IMG/VR virus record: IMGVR_UViG_3300028797_000004
Strand: one strand, 5' to 3'
DNA: 64,000 nt
Source: a virus
Taxonomy: Duplodnaviria; Caudoviricetes
Shown: one piece after another, positions 50,414-59,745 of the stretch
Layout: every line of letters starts with the position of its first letter
How positions within the stretch are numbered: the stretch's first letter is position 1
Made by a program: the position numbers and the translations under genes
The notes under the pieces: generated by a model
The model's input: the letters and a program-made list of their open reading frames with translations, nothing else
What the model was told of the DNA's origin: nothing
The model's database searches: none

Positions 50414-51010
50414 ATGCTCTATTTATATGATAAAGCAATCGTTAAAGATTTAAACGAAAGCTTCAATGAAGACATAGCACACCCTGTAATCAAAGTAATT
50501 GAGCCTGACGGTGTGCTAGGTCTTGCTGCACAGATACAGAATGATGAAATTCAGTTTCCGGTCATCGCATTATCTAGGGCTGAGAATTACGATGTAGACA
50601 CCAACCTAATTAATTTCACACGAGCTACTATGGGAGTACCTTGTGGGTTCGACAACGAAACTAATAACATATACTCAGAACATGCAATACCTATCACATT
50701 AACATATGCGCTTACAATTCTGACAACTAATCAAGCTGACATGGACGAGCTTGTCAGAGAGATTCTATTCAAGTACCGTCGTCAGTATTTCCTGACCATT
50801 ACAGTGCCATATGAGTCAAAGCGTAAGATTCGGTTTGCAATAATCAAGGACCCAAATGCTGATATACAAGCTGATTCTCGTCAGTTAGGATACATACAAG
50901 AAGGCAAACTTTATCAGACTGTAATCCCACTATCTACCATTGGCTGCAACTTGATTCATTATACTAAACAGCATCTGAGACGAATTGTCCCTGAGGTTCA
51001 TGCTCAGTAA
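50414..51010 (+). CDS. putative tail terminator (gp15-like)
   Basis: YD.A, FP.IALSR, IPITLTY.L.I......MDEL pattern; upstream of sheath. Confidence 0.55.
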   Translation: MLYLYDKAIVKDLNESFNEDIAHPVIKVIEPDGVLGLAAQIQNDEIQFPVIALSRAENYDVDTNLINFTRATMGVPCGFDNETNNIYSEHAIPITLTYALTILTTNQADMDELVREILFKYRRQYFLTITVPYESKRKIRFAIIKDPNADIQADSRQLGYIQEGKLYQTVIPLSTIGCNLIHYTKQHLRRIVPEVHAQ

Positions 51011-51074
51011 TATACATCAGTAAGGTTCACAACTCATGTGAACCTTATATTTTTATGTATAATATTCAGGTGAG

Positions 51075-51347
51075 GTGATCACAGTGAGATATCGCAACAT
51101 ATCGAACTCAACGCTTACATTCTATGGCGTAACTTTTGCACCTGGTGATGTTAAGGACGTACCTGGAGCTATCAATGCAGCTCAGTTCATACGTACTGAC
51201 GAACCTGTAACAGAAGATGCTCCTGAGAATAAAGCTGATACAAAAGTTGCAGCTAAGACTACTGAAGAGAAACCTGCAACTAAATCAACAAAAACAACTT
51301 CTGAAAAGAAGAAGGAGGTAAAAACAGATGGCACAGATAACGATTAA
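51075..51347 (+). CDS. small protein preceding the sheath
   Basis: Lys/Thr-rich tail; GTG start with RBS. Confidence 0.65.
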   Translation: MITVRYRNISNSTLTFYGVTFAPGDVKDVPGAINAAQFIRTDEPVTEDAPENKADTKVAAKTTEEKPATKSTKTTSEKKKEVKTDGTDND

Positions 51348-53493
51348 TGAAATATCGCAGAACTATACATTCAATGTTGGTGATGCTCAATATGCTACAG
51401 TTGCTATGCCGATTACTGCTGCTTGGGGACCTGCTTACACAGACCCTGCAAAGGAGTATGGTTCTGGTGATAAGGCTAATATTGACAAGATGATGGAGCA
51501 AACCAGATGGTTGCACTTTGCATCTAATCAAGCTGGTCTTGAGTCTTTTGTAGCTACATTCAGAGGTCCTGCAAGCAACTGGAAGGTAGCAAAGGATTAT
51601 TCATATCATCAGGCAATCACACTTCTTGCTGCTGGTTATGATGTACTTGTATGTAGAGTCTGCCCAGGTAATAAGGCTGAAGCTAATTTTGAGAACGCAG
51701 GTCACACTCCGCTTCTCAACGTTAAGGCCAAGTATGCTGGCGTATTCGGCAATAACCTTAGAGTTACACTCAATCCTATATCAGTTAGTGATGGATCTAA
51801 ATATACATCAATGGTTGTTTACGCGATCAACGATGACGGAAGCATGACTGCTCTTGAGAATCTCATCTTCTGCTTTGATCTGGATAATCCTAATTATACA
51901 GACGGCGATGTTCCTCACATCTCTGAGGTAGAGTCAGCTTATGTAGTGCTTCTCAATCGTCTTTGTACAGATGCAACATTCACAACTGCTACTTCTGTTA
52001 CACTTACAGGCGGCTCTGATACACTCTCTGTTGATACTACAGATATTCCACATACAACTACAGGTACACCTGAAGTAACCACTTGGTACGCGCTTGAGTC
52101 AGCTAACACACCATCTCAGACATGGCCAAACGATTATTTCTCACTTACACAAGATCCTACTACTAAAGTATGGACCGCTACTCCTGTAACACAAGGTACT
52201 GAGTATGAGAAAGATACCTATTACTTTGCTACATCGCAAGAGATTGCAACAGGCAGCGCATACGCTGTACAAGGCTTCCAGCTCGCTTCCATCAGATACA
52301 ACTGGCTCGCTCAGACTGATGCAGCTATCACAACTGATGACGGATTCAAGCTCGGCGTAACTAGATCTACTCCCGCAGGTGCAACTTGTGCATATAGAAA
52401 TGCATGGAACAACATCGGCGGTGGTTGGGCTTCAATCATTGCTAATGCTCATATGGAGTGGTGCTACAATGCAGCATTTCTAGTATATCAGCTCCTCAAG
52501 GATAAGCTCAACTACAATCCTCAGAGAATTATTTCTCCTGGTTGGGACGACCAGAACATCTACAGAATTACAGGAAATGTTGCAATGTTCGGTGATACAG
52601 TCGGCGGTGCGCAGTATCCATTGAACGAAGTTTCTGCTATACAGCAAGTTATCATGGATGCAGCATTCTGGAGCAGATGTGCTACAGGATACATCGACAT
52701 TCCGAAGTCTTGCCCAAGAAGTCTTGTGTGGAATCCAGATAGTACAAATCCTGGTTATTCTCAGATGCTTGCTCGTATCCAGATCCCAGATTCAATGCTT
52801 CTTTCAAGCAACGGAAACGCAGCACTGTATACAACACACTATGCACTGTTTGCGCCTTGGGGCCAGTATACTTATTCTGGTACATCTAAGATGGCAACAG
52901 CTTCACCTTCATTCCTGGCTCTTATGATTCAGAGAGCTCAGATCCTTAATCAGTCTTCACAGTATGAATGGCTGCTTCCTGAGAACAGAAAGCACAACCT
53001 CAAGATTGGTAAGATGGATTATGAGGTACCTGATAAGCTTCGCAAGAAGTGGCAGAACCTTGAGGGTGCAAGCCTCAACATCATCACATATATTCCTGAT
53101 TACAATATCAATATCTGGGGCAACTCAACTTGTTATGAAGTACCGCCAGCAACATATCAAGCTCTTGCAAATCTCTCAACTCGCTTCCTCTTCGGTGCGA
53201 TAGAAAATCAGGTTTACAAGATTGGTATCAGCATCACATGGCAGTACAATGTAGAAAGTGCTTATGCAAAGTTCTATGCAGGCGTTCGTCCTCTGCTTGA
53301 TACTATGCGTCAGCTCAATGCTATCACCGATTACAAGATCGAGATGAGCGCAGACATCAACGGAGTAGACCATGTAAATGCTAATACCGTGGTAGGCAAG
53401 ATCTACATCTGTGTCGCTGGTGTAATCAATGACATCGTAGTAGACCTCATCGCATTGCCTCAGGGTACTTCCCTTGCTGGATTCGGCGAGTAA
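51328..53493 (+). CDS. contractile tail sheath protein
   Basis: I.INE, WGP, F...F.GP, AKY.G..GN.L.V, LTGGSD, IWGNST, L.TR.L, G.IYI....I..I. Confidence 0.9.
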   Translation: MAQITINEISQNYTFNVGDAQYATVAMPITAAWGPAYTDPAKEYGSGDKANIDKMMEQTRWLHFASNQAGLESFVATFRGPASNWKVAKDYSYHQAITLLAAGYDVLVCRVCPGNKAEANFENAGHTPLLNVKAKYAGVFGNNLRVTLNPISVSDGSKYTSMVVYAINDDGSMTALENLIFCFDLDNPNYTDGDVPHISEVESAYVVLLNRLCTDATFTTATSVTLTGGSDTLSVDTTDIPHTTTGTPEVTTWYALESANTPSQTWPNDYFSLTQDPTTKVWTATPVTQGTEYEKDTYYFATSQEIATGSAYAVQGFQLASIRYNWLAQTDAAITTDDGFKLGVTRSTPAGATCAYRNAWNNIGGGWASIIANAHMEWCYNAAFLVYQLLKDKLNYNPQRIISPGWDDQNIYRITGNVAMFGDTVGGAQYPLNEVSAIQQVIMDAAFWSRCATGYIDIPKSCPRSLVWNPDSTNPGYSQMLARIQIPDSMLLSSNGNAALYTTHYALFAPWGQYTYSGTSKMATASPSFLALMIQRAQILNQSSQYEWLLPENRKHNLKIGKMDYEVPDKLRKKWQNLEGASLNIITYIPDYNINIWGNSTCYEVPPATYQALANLSTRFLFGAIENQVYKIGISITWQYNVESAYAKFYAGVRPLLDTMRQLNAITDYKIEMSADINGVDHVNANTVVGKIYICVAGVINDIVVDLIALPQGTSLAGFGE

Positions 53494-53527
53494 GATACAC
53501 GCCTTAATAATACAACATCCTTTCAAA

Positions 53528-53567
53528 GAGAAACACCTGGTGTAGAGATACATCAGGTGTTTTTCTG
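53528..53567 (+). terminator. intrinsic terminator
   Basis: AAACACCTGGTGTA-GAGA-TACATCAGGTGTTT followed by T run. Confidence 0.75.
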
Positions 53568-53812
53568 TGTGTGTGAACATACAGATATGATGCAGTTGGT
53601 GTGGTTTTACACCCGTGCGAACATAAACTTTTTCCTGGTGGTAGACTAAAATATATCAATCTCTGTGAACGTAGAATTGGCAAATGCAGTTCCTTTTCTT
53701 CGTTATTAGAATAAACGAATTAATCATGCATTAATGAGTCAAAAATCTTGGTGTGGTTTCGCACCCCTGTTCGCTCCGCCAGATTCATCAGAATTCTTGA
53801 GTTGATTAACAG

Positions 53813-53865
53813 ATGATTAACGAATCGTAAATAATTGATTAATTTTCTGAAAAACTATTGATTTC
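53813..53865 (+). repeat. 53-bp exact direct repeat, copy 2
   Basis: Identical to 9525-9577. Confidence 0.9.
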
Positions 53866-53886
53866 ACCCCCAGAAGATGCTATAAT
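53858..53886 (+). promoter_or_regulatory. sigmaA-type early promoter
   Basis: TTGATT-17-TATAAT with TG extension. Confidence 0.8.
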
Positions 53887-54033
53887 ACATACAATAACAC
53901 AAATCACCAAAGGTTACTAACAGCAGGCCGCTGCATCGCAGAGTAGAACACACTACCAACAGCCGAGCAGCAGCAATAGTTGCTGCATTACTGCTAAGGT
54001 AACACATCGTTATTCAGTGAAGGGAGAAGTATT

Positions 54034-54366
54034 ATGAAGAACACAAACAACAAGTCCGAGATGCTCAGAAATCATCTCGTGCGCGTAGCGCAGAAGAACA
54101 TTCACCACGCAGCTAATGAGTACATCGGCGGTCTAGAGAATACGCTGTACGATTACGCAGAGACCGACCAAGAGTATATCAACGCTAAGGCGTCACTTGC
54201 CGCTCATGATTTACTTGTAGACATGATCTACGGCATGAGTGTATCAGGTACATTCGGCGACGGCTACTCCGGTCCTGCTAACAACTACACCAAGGCCATC
54301 AAGTTCCTCGGTACAAAGCAGCTTAGAGCGCTTGTCGAGCAGGAAGTCATCAAACAGGGTTATTAA
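54034..54366 (+). CDS. early hypothetical protein
   Basis: GGGAG RBS; followed by a GC-rich hairpin at 54378-54403. Confidence 0.7.
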   Translation: MKNTNNKSEMLRNHLVRVAQKNIHHAANEYIGGLENTLYDYAETDQEYINAKASLAAHDLLVDMIYGMSVSGTFGDGYSGPANNYTKAIKFLGTKQLRALVEQEVIKQGY

Positions 54367-54434
54367 TCATATTACACATGGCGCTGCCACGTCAGCAGCG
54401 CCATTCTCGTTTAGATATCAAGGAGGTATCATTT

Positions 54435-54761
54435 ATGGAGATTAGAATAACAGCTACTGACCGCAGCGATTTTCTTGTGTTTACCAGCTCCGTCTTATTC
54501 GCTGCTAAGACATTAGTTACACTTCAGTGCGCTGAAGCATTTTTCAAGGGCGATCGCGAAGTGACGCCTAGCACCTCTTGCTTCAAGGTAGAGAAGTTTG
54601 AGACTATCACAGACAGATGGGTACCTTGGTACCACGAAGACTCCTGGGGTGAGGTGTATACAGACCTCATTCAGTATATGGAGAACTCGGCTGATGTGTC
54701 AGCTCATGACAGAGAGGACTTTCGTCAGCACCGTGGTAGCATACGCCCGAAAGCGTTGTAA
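54435..54761 (+). CDS. hypothetical protein
   Basis: AAGGAGG RBS before ATG 54435. Confidence 0.7.
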   Translation: MEIRITATDRSDFLVFTSSVLFAAKTLVTLQCAEAFFKGDREVTPSTSCFKVEKFETITDRWVPWYHEDSWGEVYTDLIQYMENSADVSAHDREDFRQHRGSIRPKAL

Positions 54762-54792
54762 TCGTTATTAACTACAAAGGAGGAATTCTCTT

Positions 54793-55833
54793 ATGTTTGA
54801 CATCAAGAATATCAAGCCCAAGACCGAATTTACATTCTGGTTCACCCCCATACCGCACAGCATGCTTAATCTCAACTTAGAGTTACTTGTGCACTGCAGG
54901 GCTGCTGTAACCGAGACAGATCCGCAGGGTGAGCCTGTCGGTAAGGTTGTCTTAGTTCGCAATTATGCTACATCGCTTATGGAGCGCGGAGCAATGATTG
55001 TTGAGTTTCGACTTGACTACAGCGTCATTCACGAAGTGCATCCAGAGTTCAGCGAAGATTCAGCGATTGACGACTTGCTCAAATCTGATTTGAACGATTT
55101 CTTCAACCACAGACCAGAAAGCGCATTATTCTACAAGCCGATCAGCGAGCTGTTCTACTTCCACAACATAGAGCTTGTAGAGTTTCAGAAAGCTCCTACT
55201 GCTGAGCTCATAGGTATCGATACATCGGCTACTGCTGACAGCGTATTCAATGAGCTGCTGGCAGGTGCAATGCTTTCGCTTACAAGTACTAATGGCGCAG
55301 ACGAACACAAAGCTATCGCAAGAGTAGCGAAATGCATCACTTGGCTCAACAGCACAGATTTCTATACAGCTCCTGGCTCAACACAGTATCATGACGCACA
55401 CCCAAAGGGCTTGCTGCTTCATACTCTTAGAGTCATTGAGTCAGCTCAGAAGCTTCTAGAGTCTTCAATGTTCAATCTTGTTCGTCTTGACCAAGCTATC
55501 ATTTGTGCTGCTGCTCATGACTGGTGCAAGATTAACAAGTATGAGATGTATCTGAGAAACGTCAAAGATGAGACAACAGGTACCTGGACTAAGGTTCCTA
55601 GTTACAAGTATCGAGATCAAGAGATACCGTTAGGCCACGGCGAAACGTCAATGTTTATTCTTCAGCGATTTGTACCTGTGTCAGTAGAAATGGCTTGCGC
55701 TATTAGATGGCACATGGGAGCATGGCAAGTGCATCAGACAGCCTACAATGAGCTGCAGAAATCCAATGAGAAATATCCGCTGGTTCATCTGCTACAGTTT
55801 GCAGACCAGCTTTCTATCACAGATTACTTCTGA
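54793..55833 (+). CDS. HD-domain phosphohydrolase with N-terminal extension
   Basis: FYTAP.ST.YH....GLL.H...V, AHDWCK, GHGE.S, AIRWHMG, ADQ. Confidence 0.85.
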   Translation: MFDIKNIKPKTEFTFWFTPIPHSMLNLNLELLVHCRAAVTETDPQGEPVGKVVLVRNYATSLMERGAMIVEFRLDYSVIHEVHPEFSEDSAIDDLLKSDLNDFFNHRPESALFYKPISELFYFHNIELVEFQKAPTAELIGIDTSATADSVFNELLAGAMLSLTSTNGADEHKAIARVAKCITWLNSTDFYTAPGSTQYHDAHPKGLLLHTLRVIESAQKLLESSMFNLVRLDQAIICAAAHDWCKINKYEMYLRNVKDETTGTWTKVPSYKYRDQEIPLGHGETSMFILQRFVPVSVEMACAIRWHMGAWQVHQTAYNELQKSNEKYPLVHLLQFADQLSITDYF

Positions 55834-55863
55834 TGTTCGTTTCATATATACTTCTTTCTACTG

Positions 55864-55890
55864 ATAGCCCTACCGAAAGGTGGGGCTATT
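55864..55890 (+). terminator. hairpin / probable terminator
   Basis: ATAGCCCTACC-GAAA-GGTGGGGCTAT. Confidence 0.55.
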
Positions 55891-55942
55891 GGTATATACC
55901 TTATATATCTATGAAACACAATACTATGGAGGTGTTCATACT

Positions 55943-56701
55943 ATGAGCGAAAAAGTTTCACAAGCAATGATTCCGCAGACTGTAAAGCAGTATGCTAAAG
56001 AAGATATCACAGAAGCTATCAAGAAGGCTAAGAAGCTTGGTACTGATCTTAAACTAGATACTATCAAGTTTGATGCATATCGTGCAGGTGATGATGAAAA
56101 TAGCTTTTCTGTAGATGCGCAGTGCAGGATCAAGACTGCTGACGGTAAAACATTTGAATTTCCGATAGAGTATGTTATCGAAGGTGACGATGTTTACCTT
56201 GGTGCGGAAAGTATGGGCGATCTTGCTCAATCACTTGTTGATAGAAGCAAAGATTCGATCACGGCTGCTACTCGTCCTCGTAGGAAAAAGCGTATTGTCG
56301 CAGAAGAAGAAGTTCAGATTGCTGATACTCTTGGCGACATCGCTGATTCAGTTAATGATATGCAGGATTCTGTCGAGGATATCACAGAAGACGATCCTGA
56401 TATCGAAGTTGAAAATGATATTACAAATCATTACATATGTCAATGTGACGTATGCAACGGCATCTTTGTTTCTGCTCTCATGGAGACTGATCAGGAAGTA
56501 GATTCAGTTTCTGGTATTTGTCCTAACTGCGGTAAAGAGTCAGAGCAGTTTATCAAGTGGATCGTCCGTGAACTTGACTATGTACCTAGTGTAGCTCCTA
56601 ATCAAGTTTCTGATGAGGAACTTGAAGAGAAGGAAGAAGAAGCTTTTAAGCCTGAGGAAGAAGCTCCGAATAATGATTCAACCAATACTGAGTTTGATTG
56701 A
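55943..56701 (+). CDS. acidic zinc-ribbon protein
   Basis: GGAGGTG RBS; CDVC...CPNC. Confidence 0.7.
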   Translation: MSEKVSQAMIPQTVKQYAKEDITEAIKKAKKLGTDLKLDTIKFDAYRAGDDENSFSVDAQCRIKTADGKTFEFPIEYVIEGDDVYLGAESMGDLAQSLVDRSKDSITAATRPRRKKRIVAEEEVQIADTLGDIADSVNDMQDSVEDITEDDPDIEVENDITNHYICQCDVCNGIFVSALMETDQEVDSVSGICPNCGKESEQFIKWIVRELDYVPSVAPNQVSDEELEEKEEEAFKPEEEAPNNDSTNTEFD

Positions 56702-56707
56702 TCGGAG

Positions 56708-57052
56708 GTGAGCTCAATGTCAGATACGCTCAAGACGATTCTCATCACAGTAATCACATCTTCAGGTATAATCGGTATCGGCACTAAATTCCTTCTCGCT
56801 AGAATCAAAATGCTCAGAACTCGACAGCAAGCTTTAGAAAAAGGCATTCAAGCTCTGTTGCGTAATGCGCTGATTCAGCAGTATGATTTCTGGTCAACAA
56901 AACAGCATGCGCCTATACACATCAAGGACAACTTCAATAACATGTACCAACAATATCATTCGTTAGGCGCTAATGGCGTTATGGATAATATGTATCAAGC
57001 TTTCATGGAGCTCCCTGTAGCTCCCTCATCAGATAAGGAGGCGTCAGCATGA
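56708..57052 (+). CDS. holin-like membrane protein
   Basis: N-terminal TM; GIQALLR...Y..YHSLGANG pattern common in Bacillota phage lysis modules. Confidence 0.6.
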   Translation: MSSMSDTLKTILITVITSSGIIGIGTKFLLARIKMLRTRQQALEKGIQALLRNALIQQYDFWSTKQHAPIHIKDNFNNMYQQYHSLGANGVMDNMYQAFMELPVAPSSDKEASA

Positions 57053-57459
57053 ACGTATCAACTATGATTCTGCAAGCGGTGATTACAATTGCCTCGGCAA
57101 TAATCACCACCGTATTACTCCCGCTGCTTGCGCAATGGCTTACATCTAAAACAACTAACCAGAAGCTTCAAACTGCTATTCGTGATTTAACACAGACAGT
57201 AGCTACAGTTGTTGATTGCACTGAGCAGACAATGGTTTCACAACTCAAGGCTGATAACAGATGGAACTACGAAACACAATCTCAGGTGCTGAACTACGCA
57301 GTAGAGCACATAATTGAGAACCTTTCAACATCAACTACAAAGTGGCTTGAAGATAATTCTACAAATATTACAGCAACTGTACAGCAGTATGTTGAAGCTT
57401 ATATATTTTCAAAGAAACAGGAGGGTACATCTAATGAAGATAACTCGAAAAACACCTGA
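57049..57459 (+). CDS. putative holin (LL-H-like)
   Basis: N-terminal TM; V...EQT.V..LK; VEAY. Confidence 0.55.
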   Translation: MNVSTMILQAVITIASAIITTVLLPLLAQWLTSKTTNQKLQTAIRDLTQTVATVVDCTEQTMVSQLKADNRWNYETQSQVLNYAVEHIIENLSTSTTKWLEDNSTNITATVQQYVEAYIFSKKQEGTSNEDNSKNT

Positions 57460-58564
57460 GCAGCCGCTCGATCAGCAGTTTCCAGATTACGCAGAAGAAG
57501 AGCTTCTGGACACAATCATTTATCCGTTTGAGCTTATCGCTAATGTGAACGCTCGCGGAGATGTAACATATGAAACTAAGGGCTTTGGCTCCAATCTTGA
57601 TGATGAGGAGTATGGTAACTGGTACTGCGAGAAGTATCCTGGTTTAGAGATTGCTACTGCTGACGATGTTGCGGATGCAATTGACCAGCTTATCGTCAAC
57701 ACAGATTCATACAATGAAATTTCAGGTACAGGTGAATATCAACTCACAGGTACTGCATACATAGTTATCAAGACTGACCTCGGTTTCTATGCTGACATAG
57801 AGGAGTCCGATATCACAAATTCTGAAGCAGAGGCAGATTCAGAAATTGACCTTGACGAATCTTACATCGAAGACTTCAAAGTAGTGAAGCTAGGTACTAG
57901 TGTAGAGTCTGCTAAGAAGCTAGATAATGTTGACTATGATGTGATATATGCAGCCGACGGTGCAGATGACGAATACGAACCTTATACAGGTGAGCATGAC
58001 GAATACGAAGATGTCTGGGACAGCATCGCTGATATAGATCAAGAATTCACATCAGCTAATACTTCAATCAACTCAAGCAAACTGCCAGCATTATTCAGCA
58101 TGGTTGAATTTGATCCTGAAACCGTCAATGTAGACTATGGTGGAGGACGATTCGACAACGTAGCTGATTATCTCACTGATTTTGATGTAGTAAATTTAGT
58201 TATAGATCCATTCAATCGTAACAAGAAACATAATCGTGATGCGATCAACCTTATTAGAGATCACGGCGGTGCGGACTCGGCTACGTGTTCTAATGTTCTG
58301 AATGTAATCAAGGAATCAGAAAATAGACGTCAAGTTCTTGAAAACATGAAGAAACTTGTCAAACCCGGTGGTAAGATTTACATCACAGTTTATGAAGGTG
58401 ATGGTACAGGGGAAGAAGGTGTAACTTCTTCTGGTTATCAGCTTCGCAGAAAGACAAAAGAGTATCTTGATGAAATTCGTGAAGTATTTCCTGATGCTGA
58501 ACGAAAAGGTAAGCTGATCTCAGCTACAAATTCTGGTAAGATACCTAACACACCTACATTATGA
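57434..58564 (+). CDS. class I SAM-dependent methyltransferase with acidic N-terminal domain
   Basis: VDYGGGR, DPFN, D..TCSNVLNVI, LVKPGG.IYI. Confidence 0.75.
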   Translation: MKITRKTPEQPLDQQFPDYAEEELLDTIIYPFELIANVNARGDVTYETKGFGSNLDDEEYGNWYCEKYPGLEIATADDVADAIDQLIVNTDSYNEISGTGEYQLTGTAYIVIKTDLGFYADIEESDITNSEAEADSEIDLDESYIEDFKVVKLGTSVESAKKLDNVDYDVIYAADGADDEYEPYTGEHDEYEDVWDSIADIDQEFTSANTSINSSKLPALFSMVEFDPETVNVDYGGGRFDNVADYLTDFDVVNLVIDPFNRNKKHNRDAINLIRDHGGADSATCSNVLNVIKESENRRQVLENMKKLVKPGGKIYITVYEGDGTGEEGVTSSGYQLRRKTKEYLDEIREVFPDAERKGKLISATNSGKIPNTPTL

Positions 58565-58571
58565 TAATTCA

Positions 58572-58604
58572 AACCCTGCGGCTCATTCAGTCGCAGGGCT
58601 TTTG
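58572..58604 (+). terminator. intrinsic terminator
   Basis: CCCTGCGGCT...AGTCGCAGGG followed by CTTTT. Confidence 0.7.
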
Positions 58605-58740
58605 ATTATACGAATCGTTATAATTGTTGCATGAAAGGGGTGTTGACTTACTAAGTAATCTGGTCAGTAACCATATATTAACATAAGTACCAACCTGGTC
58701 TTAAGCACTTAGTCGACTTGACTAAAGGAGGAAAATTACA

Positions 58741-58923
58741 ATGGCAAAAAATCCTGCGCAGGAAACTATCACCCACAAGTTCATAGCTGACGGAAGCGCA
58801 TATCCGAAATGCAAAACATGTGTCAACTATGAATTCAAAGACGGTCGCGAAAGGTGTACAAAGTTCGATGCATTCAAACCAACACTAGCATTCAGGTGCT
58901 ATAAGCGCGATCTCAGCAAGTAA
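58741..58923 (+). CDS. small Cys-rich protein
   Basis: AAAGGAGG RBS; CKTC...C...C. Confidence 0.65.
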   Translation: MAKNPAQETITHKFIADGSAYPKCKTCVNYEFKDGRERCTKFDAFKPTLAFRCYKRDLSK

Positions 58924-58948
58924 TAGGTAACTAAGGAGGAAAATACCA

Positions 58949-59659
58949 ATGAATTTTACAAACCGAAGTCCCCTCGCGGTAGGGGCATATATTATTTCAG
59001 TGCTTGCAATTATTATCGTGTCTATTCTCGCAAGCGCACTCAACAGTAGACACGAAACAGAGCCTCAGGAGGAACAACCATGTACAACTTCGACGATCAC
59101 TATCGTTTCCAGCTCAACAACATTATCTACGACCACAAGCACAAGAACGACGACGAAGACGACGAATACGACAACGACAACCAGCACAACCACTGTAGCG
59201 ACGACGACTGTCTTGGAGAGTACAGCTCCGACTGAACCTCAGACAGAGCCCCCAGCTCCAGAACCAGTGTATGAGGAGCCTGCTCCGGAACCTGTATACG
59301 AAGAACCTGCTCCTGTTGAACCTGCAGCTACTTCAGGATCACCAATCACTGATTATGAAGTGATTTTACTTAGAAATGTAGTAGCTCGTGAATACGGCAG
59401 CGATTGGGTATCTGTTCCAGAGAAAGCAAAAGTAGTGGCTGTAGTCATGAACCGAGTTAACAATCCTAAGTTCCCGAATACAATTGAGGGTGTGCTTACA
59501 CAACCTTATCAGTTCAGCGGATACTGGGCTTGCAACTATGAGTGGTCTAATGTAACTCAGAGCGTTCGAGACGCTGTAGATTACTACTTTGCTCACACAG
59601 AGGAGTTCGGCGCTTGGACAGGTATGTGGGGCGATGGTACTTGGAATCACTTCTATTGA
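58949..59659 (+). CDS. membrane-anchored SleB-like cell wall hydrolase (Hydrolase_2)
   Basis: N-terminal TM, Thr-rich and PAPEPVYEE x2 linker; VARE...VVMNRV...FPNTI.GV..QPYQFS. Confidence 0.85.
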   Translation: MNFTNRSPLAVGAYIISVLAIIIVSILASALNSRHETEPQEEQPCTTSTITIVSSSTTLSTTTSTRTTTKTTNTTTTTSTTTVATTTVLESTAPTEPQTEPPAPEPVYEEPAPEPVYEEPAPVEPAATSGSPITDYEVILLRNVVAREYGSDWVSVPEKAKVVAVVMNRVNNPKFPNTIEGVLTQPYQFSGYWACNYEWSNVTQSVRDAVDYYFAHTEEFGAWTGMWGDGTWNHFY

Positions 59660-59745
59660 TGTGAATCGTTATAAGCAATAAGAATATAAATCCTAAAACC
59701 TGAGAAACTTTCTTAGGTTTTATCTTTTTGTAGGAGGAAAGTAGT

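Noticed and set aside
53913-54003. Second tRNA gene
   Set aside because: No T-loop TTC, no canonical arm spacing and no CCA; kept only as a candidate structured RNA
58620-58740. preQ1 or other riboswitch in this leader or upstream of the que genes
   Set aside because: Only small hairpins; no recognisable preQ1 aptamer consensus
59100-59330. ACG/ACA and PAPEPVYEE repeats as a DNA-level array
   Set aside because: Explained by the low-complexity protein linker
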